From: a virus
Lineage: Duplodnaviria > Caudoviricetes
Virus record (IMG/VR): IMGVR_UViG_3300020264_000005
Location: 30,961 to 94,960 of that record
Length of the DNA: 64,000 nt
Direction: 5' to 3' (one strand)
Part shown: in pieces, positions 55,903 through 64,000 of the stretch
Position numbering within the stretch: the stretch's first letter is position 1
Layout: each line of letters begins with the position of its first letter
Translations under genes and position numbers: made by a program
The notes under the pieces: generated by a model
Databases searched by the model: none
Seen by the model: the letters and a program-made list of their open reading frames with translations, nothing else
Told to the model about the DNA's origin: nothing

Positions 55903-56703
55903 ATGGCATCTCCAAATTCAAGAGCTGAACTCATCACTTATTGTAAGAGGCAGCTTGGTGAGCCTGTCTTACAAGTCAATATCGACGACGAACAGGTAAA
56001 CAACGTTATTGATGATACGTATCAGTTCTTTCAAGAGAACTGCTATAACGGCATGGAGAGGTGCTACCTTACCCATTCACTGACTGCTGATGACATCACT
56101 AGATTTAAAGCAACAGTAACGACCAGCAATGGAAGTTCTGATTGGAATGAAGCAACAAACTACATTCCTATCCCAGCTCATGTCACTGGTATTAGTAAAG
56201 TTTTTGGATTAGTAAGTAACTCTATTCGTTCTAATCTCTTCGGTGTTGAGTATCAACTATATCTAAATGATCTCTATGCATTCGGATCACTTGATATTCT
56301 CAATTATTTTATGACTAAGCAGTATCTAGAAACTCTAGATATGGTTCTGAACAATGGTTCATTCCAACAGTTCAGATTTACAGCGCGTCGTGATCGTTTA
56401 TATCTTGACGTGGATGCTGACTTCCTTGCAGAAGATAAGTATCTGTTGATTGAGGCACACAGGATGATCGATCCTACAGATGCCACAGAAATGAATAATG
56501 ATCCTTTTGTTAAAAAGTATGCTACTGCTCTTATGAAGAAGCAGTGGGGTATGAACTTGATTAAGTATAACAACGTCCAACTTCCTGGCGGTGTTACACT
56601 CAATGGTAGAGAGATCTACACAGACGCACTAGCAGAAATTGAGAAAATCGAAAGCGAAGTTCTCAGTAAGTATGCAATTCCACCTATGGATATGATCGGA
56701 TAA
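55903..56703 (+). CDS. g13: neck protein gp13
   Basis: YCKRQLGEPVLQVNIDDEQ..KKQWGMNLIKY..LPGGVTLNG. Confidence 0.95.
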   Translation: MASPNSRAELITYCKRQLGEPVLQVNIDDEQVNNVIDDTYQFFQENCYNGMERCYLTHSLTADDITRFKATVTTSNGSSDWNEATNYIPIPAHVTGISKVFGLVSNSIRSNLFGVEYQLYLNDLYAFGSLDILNYFMTKQYLETLDMVLNNGSFQQFRFTARRDRLYLDVDADFLAEDKYLLIEAHRMIDPTDATEMNNDPFVKKYATALMKKQWGMNLIKYNNVQLPGGVTLNGREIYTDALAEIEKIESEVLSKYAIPPMDMIG

Positions 56704-56704
56704 A

Positions 56705-57826
56705 ATGCCTACCAGTCCCTATTTTCCAACATACTATCAAGGTCACAGTGGCGAACAAGGTCTCGTACAGGATCTTGTGGATGAACAAATCAAGTTGTTT
56801 GGTACAGATATATATTATATCCCTAGAGTCGTCTTAACAGACAGCACTTTAGATGAGGTAAGATATTCTAAGTATCAGGAGCAGTTTCAGATTGAGATGC
56901 TTCTGCAGAATGTCACAGGTTTTGGAGACAACGCAGAGTTCATCAGCAAGTTCGGTCTTCGTATCACAGACGAAGTAATTTTTCGTGTGTCCACTAGAAG
57001 GTGGGATGAAGAAGTAGCAGAACATAATCCTAATCTCACACTCGATAGTAGACCTAACGAGGGAGACTTATTATACTTCCCTCTAACAAAAGATATTTAC
57101 GAAATTAAATTTGTAGGAAAGGAAGAACCATTCTTCCAGTTTGGTAAGATTCAATTCTATGCTATCACTGCTGAGATCTATGAGGTTGGCAGCGATGACT
57201 TCGAGACTGGTGTTGAGGAGATTGATAGTATCGAACAACTAGTTGATAACGCCATCAAACTATTCATGGATCCTGGCGGCACAGGAGACTTTGCTGTGGG
57301 TGAAGAAATTGTTGGCGACGAGTTCCTTGCTAAAGCAACTGCAACTCTCACGGGAGATGCTGTTACTGGTATTACAATCACAGACGGTGGATCGCATTAT
57401 AAGGTTGCTACACCACCATCAGTAACTATTACAGGAGACGGGACAGGTGCGACAGCTACTGCTACGGTTAGTTCTACTGGCATTGTTAACGGCATTACTA
57501 TCACCAGTGGTGGGAGCGGTTATAGTTCTGCACCTACTGTCACAATTGATTACTCCCCCAAAGATAACAGAGCAGAAGTCAAGTCTTGGGACAGCGCAAC
57601 TAGAGCTCTCGAAGTCATCAACAGAACAGGAACGTTTACTACTGCTGAAGTAGTCACTGGTCTAACTTCAGGTGCTAAGTGGAGTCCTGAAACATTTGAC
57701 ACTCTAAATAATGTCAGCAGCAACTACGATCAAAATAGACAGATCGAAGATAGTGCGGATGACATTATCGATTGGACTGAAGGCAATCCATTCGGTGAAT
57801 ATGGTAATCAGACAGGTAGCTTCTAA
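56705..57826 (+). CDS. g14: neck protein gp14
   Basis: EQIKLFGTDIYYIPR..SKFGL..RPNEGDLLYFP; carries an inserted GGSGY repeat module. Confidence 0.95.
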   Translation: MPTSPYFPTYYQGHSGEQGLVQDLVDEQIKLFGTDIYYIPRVVLTDSTLDEVRYSKYQEQFQIEMLLQNVTGFGDNAEFISKFGLRITDEVIFRVSTRRWDEEVAEHNPNLTLDSRPNEGDLLYFPLTKDIYEIKFVGKEEPFFQFGKIQFYAITAEIYEVGSDDFETGVEEIDSIEQLVDNAIKLFMDPGGTGDFAVGEEIVGDEFLAKATATLTGDAVTGITITDGGSHYKVATPPSVTITGDGTGATATATVSSTGIVNGITITSGGSGYSSAPTVTIDYSPKDNRAEVKSWDSATRALEVINRTGTFTTAEVVTGLTSGAKWSPETFDTLNNVSSNYDQNRQIEDSADDIIDWTEGNPFGEYGNQTGSF

Positions 57827-58626
57827 TGTTAGGATCACATTTTTATAATTCAATCGTTCGTAAGAACATCATTGCGTTTGGTACGCTCTTCAATAATCTA
57901 ACGATGAAGAGTACGGATCCTAGCGACGGTACTGTACTGGAAGAAATTAAAGTTCCTCTAGCATATGGTCCTAAGCAGAAGTTTCTAGTTCGTCTAGAAG
58001 AGAACCAGTCTAACAGAAAAGTTGCAATCACCCTACCACGTCTCTACTTTGAGATGACAGGAATTGAATACGATTCTTCCCGTAAAACGTCACCAATTCA
58101 AAAATACAAAACGATCATTGCTGATAATGGTAATGAGGTCAGAACTCAGTATGTTCCTGTTCCTTATAATCTAAACTTTGAATTGGGAGTTATTGCTAAA
58201 TCTCAGGATGATGCATTGCAAATTACTGAGCAGATCTTACCATATTTTCAACCGTCATTTTCAGTGACTCTTAATATGATTCCTGATATGAATGAGAAAA
58301 GAGATGTTGCTATTGTATTAAACAATATTTCTCATGAGGATGAGTGGGACGATAGTTTTTATGAGCGTAGATATATCATCTATACTTTACGCTTCACTAT
58401 GAAGTCCTATCTATACGGTCCATATAACACATCTGATGTTATTAAGAAAGCAATCATTCATGAAACTCTTGGTGATCTTTCTGTCAACCGTAGAACAATT
58501 ACAAGAACATATACACCTAAAGCAAAAACAGATATCAATACAGATGGTAGCATCGATGTAAACGATGATGCACTATTAGATGCTGGTGATGACTTTGGAT
58601 TTAATGAAGGAATCGAATTCTTATGA
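57826..58626 (+). CDS. g15: tail sheath stabiliser/terminator gp15
   Basis: FGTLFNN..KVPLAYGPKQKFL..EQILPYFQP. Confidence 0.95.
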   Translation: MLGSHFYNSIVRKNIIAFGTLFNNLTMKSTDPSDGTVLEEIKVPLAYGPKQKFLVRLEENQSNRKVAITLPRLYFEMTGIEYDSSRKTSPIQKYKTIIADNGNEVRTQYVPVPYNLNFELGVIAKSQDDALQITEQILPYFQPSFSVTLNMIPDMNEKRDVAIVLNNISHEDEWDDSFYERRYIIYTLRFTMKSYLYGPYNTSDVIKKAIIHETLGDLSVNRRTITRTYTPKAKTDINTDGSIDVNDDALLDAGDDFGFNEGIEFL

Positions 58627-59039
58627 GTAGCCTAGAAGAAAACATGGAAGATATGCTCAACATCAGTGCTGAGGTTGTTGAGGAATCTAAACCATCCAAA
58701 CCAGTGCCACCCACTGTTGACAAGGAAGATAAGCAAAAAGACTACGAATATACACGTGGAGAACTATACAGCCTCATAGACAAGGGTCAGGAGGCGGTAC
58801 AAGGCGCTTTAGAGGTCGCACAGGAGTCAGGGCACCCTAGAGCATACGAGGTCGCTGTAGCGGCAATGAAGCACGTCGCAGACATGACTGATAAATTGGT
58901 GGATCTTCAGAAGAAGATGAAAGATCTCGATGCCGAGCAGAAGAAAGGTCCAAGTTCCGTAACTAATAATGCAATGTTCGTAGGTTCTACCGCAGAATTA
59001 CAGAAGATGCTTAAGGAAATGGGTGGAGGAAAAAGATAA
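58623..59039 (+). CDS. g16: terminase small subunit gp16
   Basis: DYEYTR..ESGHPRAYEV..FVGSTAELQKML. Confidence 0.95.
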   Translation: MSSLEENMEDMLNISAEVVEESKPSKPVPPTVDKEDKQKDYEYTRGELYSLIDKGQEAVQGALEVAQESGHPRAYEVAVAAMKHVADMTDKLVDLQKKMKDLDAEQKKGPSSVTNNAMFVGSTAELQKMLKEMGGGKR

Positions 59040-59067
59040 ATATATCCGTAAACCCTCGTCGGTTATC

Positions 59068-59490
59068 ATGAGAGATTATAAAGAATTTAAAGAACTCTGT
59101 GAGGCAAAGCGCGGTCTCTACGCAAATATCCACGCTAAACGAAAGAGAGGAGAAGCACCAGCGAAACCAGGTAGTAAGGACTACCCCGCTAAGGATGCTT
59201 TCAAAAAGGCGGCGAGGACTGCCAAAGAAAGTTTTGAACTCGAAGAAGCAGCCTGGACCAGAAAGGAAGGCAAGAAAAAGTCTGGAGGTCTTAATGAGAA
59301 GGGACGTAAATCTTACGAAAGAGAGAATCCTGGAAGCGACCTTAAAGCACCAAGCAAGAAGGTTGGAAATCCCCGTAGGGCATCATTCTGCGCTCGAATG
59401 AAAGGGATGAAAAAGAAACTAACTTCCAAAAAGACCGCTAACGATAAAGACAGTCGTATCAACAAATCTCTACGTGCGTGGAATTGCTGA
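59068..59490 (+). CDS. basic protein (DUF6321-like), probable internal head protein
   Basis: GGLNEKGRKSY..RRASFCARMKG..SRINKSLRAWNC; ATG 59068 after late promoter GATAAATA. Confidence 0.7.
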   Translation: MRDYKEFKELCEAKRGLYANIHAKRKRGEAPAKPGSKDYPAKDAFKKAARTAKESFELEEAAWTRKEGKKKSGGLNEKGRKSYERENPGSDLKAPSKKVGNPRRASFCARMKGMKKKLTSKKTANDKDSRINKSLRAWNC

Positions 59491-59550
59491 CATACTTATA
59501 AAAACATTGTTAAGATAACGAATAATTACCTACTGAAACTATAATTAGTT

Positions 59551-59775
59551 ATGAGTTTTGAACTGAAAATGCGTTTAAACGACACTGACATCTCACGCCT
59601 TATCACTGCCTGTAAACTCTACCAAGATAAGACAGGAAGCGAATACATGTGGGAACAATATGATGACTTGATTAACAAACTCAGAGCGTATCAAGATAAC
59701 TATTCGGCGGACAATGAAGATTCTATTCGCATTTCTAGCAACACTATTCCTAGCAGCTCCAGCGTGGGCAGTTGA
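59551..59775 (+). CDS. conserved cyanophage hypothetical protein
   Basis: ACKLYQDKTGSEYMWEQYDDLINKL. Confidence 0.7.
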   Translation: MSFELKMRLNDTDISRLITACKLYQDKTGSEYMWEQYDDLINKLRAYQDNYSADNEDSIRISSNTIPSSSSVGS

Positions 59776-60037
59776 TGTAATTATGGGTTCTAACGGGAAC
59801 CTAGTTTTTGATCCAGCAGAGATTACAATTTCTGCAGGAGATACAGTTCACTTTGAAAACAACATGCTGCCACCACACAATATTATTGTGGAGGGTCGCC
59901 CTGATCTATCCAGAGAGTCACTAATGTTTGCTCCTGGTGAGTCACAAGACATCACATTTGCAGATGCAGGTGACTATGAATACTGGTGTGGTCCTCATAA
60001 AGGTGCAGGCATGATCGGCACGGTACATGTAGAATGA
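59714..60037 (+). CDS. petE: plastocyanin
   Basis: Signal peptide AWA/V; PHN and YWCGPHKGAGM copper ligands. Confidence 0.95.
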   Translation: MKILFAFLATLFLAAPAWAVDVIMGSNGNLVFDPAEITISAGDTVHFENNMLPPHNIIVEGRPDLSRESLMFAPGESQDITFADAGDYEYWCGPHKGAGMIGTVHVE

Positions 60038-60540
60038 AACAATTTAACACAGTTGTCTTAGACATCACTGTGGCAGTTCTCGACTTCTTATACAGAGGTC
60101 GAGACTATCCTAGATTCTGGGTGCTTGAGGAAATTGCTCGGGCACCATATTTTGCGTTCCTTAGTGTACTGCATTTCAGAGAAAGCATGGGACTACGAGG
60201 ACCAGAACATCTATATTTGATGAAACAGCACTTCGAGCAGTCAGTCAATGAAACAGAACATCTGGAATATATGGAAAGTCGGGGTGGTAACCGTTATTTT
60301 ATTGACCGCTTTGTTGCCAAGCATCTCGTTCTTATCTACTATTGGGTTAACGTGGTTTATTATTGGTTGGCTCCTGTGTCTGCTTACCATCTCTCCTATG
60401 AGGTAGAGATTCATGCAGCAGAAACTTATGCCAAGTTCCTCGCTCTAAATGGGCAGGACGCCAAGATCCTTGAGATCTTGAATGATGAGTTGGACCACTC
60501 CAGAGAACTACAACTTGCTATGGAGAAAATCAATGTTTAA
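60034..60540 (+). CDS. plastoquinol terminal oxidase (PTOX)
   Basis: LEEIARAPYF, NETEHL, EIHAAETY, DELDH di-iron motifs. Confidence 0.92.
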   Translation: MKQFNTVVLDITVAVLDFLYRGRDYPRFWVLEEIARAPYFAFLSVLHFRESMGLRGPEHLYLMKQHFEQSVNETEHLEYMESRGGNRYFIDRFVAKHLVLIYYWVNVVYYWLAPVSAYHLSYEVEIHAAETYAKFLALNGQDAKILEILNDELDHSRELQLAMEKINV

Positions 60541-60754
60541 AAACTGGGGTAATGGTATAGAACCACCTAACCATGTAACAAAAGAAGAAGTACAGGAGAT
60601 GATCGATGATGCCATACGAAAGCATAATCGTAATGCTGGAATTATCAGTATGTGTGTTGGTTGGGTTGTTCTCGCACTTTTTGCTGAGGGTCTTCTTCGA
60701 CTCATTGGAGTGATACCACCACTCTTTGACTGGCTAAATTTAACTATCAAGTAA
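60533..60754 (+). CDS. conserved small membrane protein
   Basis: QEMIDDAIRKHNRNA followed by a hydrophobic segment. Confidence 0.75.
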   Translation: MFKNWGNGIEPPNHVTKEEVQEMIDDAIRKHNRNAGIISMCVGWVVLALFAEGLLRLIGVIPPLFDWLNLTIK

Positions 60755-60762
60755 AAAACAAA

Positions 60763-61797
60763 ATGAAAGTAGGAATGATCGGACTAGGACGGATGGGTGA
60801 AGGAATGTCCCGTCGTCTAATTGCAGCAGGACATGAAGTACATGGATATCGTAACAATTATAAGAAAGCAGAAGAACAATTTGAAGCGGGTTATATCAGT
60901 GGATGTACCACTTCTCTGGAAAATCTTGTTCAAGTAGTACATCAAAACAAAACAACTGGAAAGACGCCAGGCGTCTTTTGTATGGTTGTACCAGCAGAAA
61001 CAGTAGAGGACACACTCAATGAGCTATTACAGTTTTGTGTGGAAGGAGATATTATTATTGATCATGGCAATAGCAATTTTAAAGACTCTCGCAGAAGGGC
61101 AGAGAGACTTGAAAAATTGGGCATCCAATATATTGACTGTGGTACTAGTGGTGGTGTTTACGGCTTGGAGCGTGGATACTGTCTTATGGTTGGCGGCAGA
61201 GGTGGCGCAGTCGCCGCTTGTGCGCCTATCTTCAATGCCCTCAGTTCAGGAATATCTGCCGCAGATAGGACCCGCCCTGGAGACTACGTTACACCTGCTG
61301 AGTTAGGTTGGTTACACTGTGGTGACGCTGGTGCAGGTCACTTTGTAAAAATGGTTCACAACGGTATCGAATATGGAATCATGCAAGCATACGCAGAAGG
61401 ATTTAATATCCTGCATGAAGCTAATGCTGGCGCAGCATACGTTGCTGCAGGTGATGCAGAAGTTGCTCCTATGGCTTGTCCAGAAGATTATCAGTATGAC
61501 ATCAACGTTGCTGAAGTGGCTGAGTGTTGGCGTCGTGGTAGCGTGGTTGGTTCTTGGTTACTTGACCTTACCGCTGATGTTCTACGCGGCGATAGAGAAC
61601 TTAGCAAGTTCGATGGAGGAGTATCAGACTCTGGTGAGGGTCGTTGGACTGTTCACAGTGCTGTGGATCTCGGTGTTCCAGCCCCTGTTATTACTACTGC
61701 TCTCTACTCAAGATTTGAAAGCAGAAGACTTGGACGATTTGCGAACAAAGTCTTAAATGGAATGCGGGCAATGTTTGGAGGTCACGATGTTAGGTAA
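60763..61797 (+). CDS. gnd: 6-phosphogluconate dehydrogenase (short form)
   Basis: GMIGLGRMG, IDHGNS, GTSGG, GHFVKMVHNGIEY, DSGEGRW, FGGH. Confidence 0.97.
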   Translation: MKVGMIGLGRMGEGMSRRLIAAGHEVHGYRNNYKKAEEQFEAGYISGCTTSLENLVQVVHQNKTTGKTPGVFCMVVPAETVEDTLNELLQFCVEGDIIIDHGNSNFKDSRRRAERLEKLGIQYIDCGTSGGVYGLERGYCLMVGGRGGAVAACAPIFNALSSGISAADRTRPGDYVTPAELGWLHCGDAGAGHFVKMVHNGIEYGIMQAYAEGFNILHEANAGAAYVAAGDAEVAPMACPEDYQYDINVAEVAECWRRGSVVGSWLLDLTADVLRGDRELSKFDGGVSDSGEGRWTVHSAVDLGVPAPVITTALYSRFESRRLGRFANKVLNGMRAMFGGHDVR

Positions 61798-61915
61798 TGT
61801 ACTATTATGGATATCAATACCCTTTGTATGTGCCACCATCACATTTGGACGACTTAAAGGCGAAAATAATTACTACGAATCTGAGAACTATAATGGAAAC
61901 GGAACCGCTCACTAA
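61787..61915 (+). CDS. ndhP: NDH-1 small subunit NdhP homologue, 42 aa
   Basis: Manual translation MLGNVLLWISIPFVCATITFGRLKGENNYYESENYNGNGTAH: one TM helix plus an NdhP-type tail; GGAGG SD. Confidence 0.75.
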   Translation: MLGNVLLWISIPFVCATITFGRLKGENNYYESENYNGNGTAH

Positions 61916-63230
61916 AGGCATTGTTATATTTGGTGCAACAGGAGATCTATGTAAGAAGAAACTAATTCCTGCTTTACATAAACTCTGGCAGAAAGGACTT
62001 CTCCCAGATAATTTTTTAGTTACTGGTTGTGCTAGGAGAGATCCTGGCGCTCAGATTTGGAAAGAATCTTTAGGTGATTATCCTGAAGACTTTTTGCACC
62101 ATTTAGATTATGTCTGTGCAGATCTGGATAATGTAGATTCACTGCATAATATTCCATCATACTTAGACGACATTACATATTTTTTATCTGTTCCACCAGA
62201 GAGGTATGCAAATGCAATTGCCAATCTTAAAGAAGCTGGAAAACTGGATGACCCAGATCACTCCAGAGTGGTTATCGAAAAACCCTTTGGACACGACTAT
62301 AAATCTGCTGATCATTTACAGTCAGTGGTGGAGCGACATCTACGCGAGAAACAAGTCTATCGCATTGACCATTATCTTGGTAAAGATACTGTTAATAACA
62401 TCCTTACCACTCGCTTTAGCAATATTCTGCTGGAACCTTTATGGAACCGCAATTTTATAGAAGAGATTCAGATCTTTGCATCAGAGACTATCGGATGTGA
62501 AGGTCGCTCACAATACTATGAGACTGCTGGTGCTGTACGCGACATGCTACAGAATCATATTCTACAAGTCCTTGCTCTAATAGCAATGGATGCTCCTAGT
62601 AAAATGAATGCTAGGGAAATCAGACGTGAGAAGACAAAAGTCCTCGCGGCAACTAGACTATCACAGAACATTATACTAGGACAATACGATGGCTACCGTT
62701 CTGAAGAGGGTGTTGATACTCACAGTGGTACTCCTACCTATTTCGCTGGCACTTTATTCGTCGATAACTGGCGTTGGGAGGGAGTTCCTTTTAACGTCAT
62801 GACTGGCAAGAAACTACCATATCAATGTGTAGAGGTAGTTATCAAGTTGAAGACACCACCACTTCATCTGTATGAAGGAGAAACTGGAGATCGTATTGTT
62901 ATACGTTTACAACCTGATCCTCATCTAGATATTAGGATCGACATGAAAACGCCAGGTCTTGGTGATGGAGTTGAGTTAGCAACTCTAACACATTCATATC
63001 CACAGGAGAGAGCGATTGATGGATACGAGAAACTTCTCTATGATGCTATCGAGGGAGACCAGTCTCACTTCGTACATGCTGAAGAAGTTATGGAAAGTTG
63101 GAGGATTGTAGATGACCTTCTGTGTACTGGTGATAGTTGCCCAATTCGCACTGTCCCTTATCTCTACTGTGGCGGGTGGGGTCCACACCACAAAACAGAT
63201 TTCATAACTAAGTGGGATTATCCATCATGA
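61893..63230 (+). CDS. zwf: glucose-6-phosphate dehydrogenase
   Basis: GATGDL, EKPFG, RIDHYLGK, RDMLQNH, RWEGVPF; start moved to ATG 61893. Confidence 0.95.
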   Translation: METEPLTKGIVIFGATGDLCKKKLIPALHKLWQKGLLPDNFLVTGCARRDPGAQIWKESLGDYPEDFLHHLDYVCADLDNVDSLHNIPSYLDDITYFLSVPPERYANAIANLKEAGKLDDPDHSRVVIEKPFGHDYKSADHLQSVVERHLREKQVYRIDHYLGKDTVNNILTTRFSNILLEPLWNRNFIEEIQIFASETIGCEGRSQYYETAGAVRDMLQNHILQVLALIAMDAPSKMNAREIRREKTKVLAATRLSQNIILGQYDGYRSEEGVDTHSGTPTYFAGTLFVDNWRWEGVPFNVMTGKKLPYQCVEVVIKLKTPPLHLYEGETGDRIVIRLQPDPHLDIRIDMKTPGLGDGVELATLTHSYPQERAIDGYEKLLYDAIEGDQSHFVHAEEVMESWRIVDDLLCTGDSCPIRTVPYLYCGGWGPHHKTDFITKWDYPS

Positions 63231-63382
63231 GTTTAGACAGACGCCATGGTCCACTCAGTAAAAAAGAAGTGGAAGAACACAAAGAACTACGAAAGAAGTT
63301 ATACGAACGTATTAAACAACTTCGTATGACGGAGTATATTGATGATGATGAAGAACCAGAAATATTCTTGGACGTAGCATGA
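63227..63382 (+). CDS. hypothetical protein, 51 aa (MSLDRRHGPLSKKE...)
   Basis: ATGA-coupled on both sides. Confidence 0.65.
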   Translation: MSLDRRHGPLSKKEVEEHKELRKKLYERIKQLRMTEYIDDDEEPEIFLDVA

Positions 63383-63567
63383 TACTAGAGTTTGCTAGAT
63401 TTTGTGGAAGAACATTGAACAATCCATGGGCATGTGGTTTCATGGCATGGTGTCTTGTGTTCGTTCCCATACTTGGTATGTGGGCAGTTCATAAATATGG
63501 ATGGGAACACTGGGAACCATTCGGTAAAAAACATGTACCGAGAACCACACCTGCAGAAAAAGAGTGA
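63379..63567 (+). CDS. small membrane protein
   Basis: LVFVPILGMWAVHKYGWEHWEPF. Confidence 0.75.
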   Translation: MILEFARFCGRTLNNPWACGFMAWCLVFVPILGMWAVHKYGWEHWEPFGKKHVPRTTPAEKE

Positions 63568-63759
63568 TGAATGTGCTCGCCTATGGAGGGAGTGGCATAG
63601 CTTGTGGCGAAAAAAGCATTAGGTGCGCCAGAAGCTAGAAGAGCATGGTGCGATTGTTGTGATGAGTTCAGTATAATGTGTCATCACGAGGCAAAGACCA
63701 ACCCTAGATATAAAGACTTGAAAATGTATTGGAATGAACCTCCTCCTCCGCCCCCTTGA
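63533..63759 (+). CDS. small protein probably made by -1 frameshift (29-aa short form, 75-aa long form)
   Basis: 0-frame 63533-63622; A_AAA_AAG at 63610-63616; -1 frame open to TGA 63757-63759. Confidence 0.55.
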
Positions 63760-63901
63760 GAATAATAACGACCCCGTTTGGAGTGTGATCTTCTCGATCA
63801 TGCTACTCCTAGCGGGGGTTTTTTATGTCGTCTACTATATACTTGGTATTGACGCAAGAGAGGCGCAAGAACATGGGAGCGATGACACCCCCGAGTCGTA
63901 A
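63734..63901 (+). CDS. small membrane protein, 55 aa (MNLLLRPLENNNDPVWSV...)
   Basis: Manual translation; single TM helix. Confidence 0.7.
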   Translation: MNLLLRPLENNNDPVWSVIFSIMLLLAGVFYVVYYILGIDAREAQEHGSDDTPES

Positions 63902-64000
63902 GAGTTGTTACAACTTTCGCGTAGTATCGATAGATAAAGTGTTGGACGGAGATACCATCGATGTCACAATTGATCTCGGTTTTGACCTTTATAAAAAAGA
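63873..64000 (+). CDS. SNase/thermonuclease-like protein (truncated by window end)
   Basis: MGAMTPPSRKSCYNFRVVSIDKVLDGDTIDVTIDLGFD; DGDT motif. Confidence 0.8.
   Translation, partial: MGAMTPPSRKSCYNFRVVSIDKVLDGDTIDVTIDLGFDLYKK

Noticed and set aside
61797-61892. 32-aa N-terminal extension of Zwf
   Set aside because: The interval is better explained by the ndhP-like ORF in another frame; Zwf similarity begins after Met 61893.
63533-63759. CP12 call from ECARLW resembling the CP12 ECAxAW motif
   Set aside because: The AWDxVEEL core and the C-terminal CxxxPxxxEC motif are missing; the similarity is too short.
565-63801. Numerous minus-strand and alternate-frame ORFs of 60-220 aa in the track
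   Set aside because: They shadow well-supported + strand genes, have no recognisable motifs, and follow from the biased codon usage.
1-64000. tRNA, rRNA, group I introns and inteins
   Set aside because: I saw no cloverleaf with a T-loop consensus, no interrupted core gene and no intein terminal motifs. This was by eye; a covariance-model search could still find small RNAs.

Overview
This 64-kb window comes from a T4-like marine cyanomyovirus (Kyanoviridae type, most likely infecting Synechococcus). All credible genes are on the + strand. 1-9.7 kb is an early, hypervariable region of small ORFs driven by at least 11 copies of a palindrome + -10 promoter cassette. It also holds an MvaI/BcnI-family endonuclease paired with an N4-cytosine-type methyltransferase, a 2OG-Fe(II) oxygenase and a candidate origin region (G/C skew switch, divergent promoter, A/T hairpins), followed by an HNH homing endonuclease. 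10.5-59 kb is the virion module: PAAR, gp25, gp6, gp7, gp8, three giant baseplate/fibre proteins, a Gly-rich adhesin-like protein and gp13-gp16. 59-64 kb is an auxiliary metabolic gene island with petE, PTOX, gnd, an ndhP homologue missing from the ORF track, zwf, small ORFs and a truncated SNase-like nuclease. The strongest candidate for an undescribed system is four phycobiliprotein-like domains in gp7 and the 3889-aa protein, retaining cysteines at positions matching the bilin-attachment sites beta-84 and beta-155. An intact type-1 copper motif in the neighbouring virion protein adds to the idea of a pigmented, light- or redox-responsive baseplate. Other highlights are a nested 'Russian-doll' domain architecture, a candidate -1 programmed frameshift, leaderless early mRNAs, dual-coding overlaps and CCGG avoidance. 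All homology calls are by-eye motif recognition; no searches were run.
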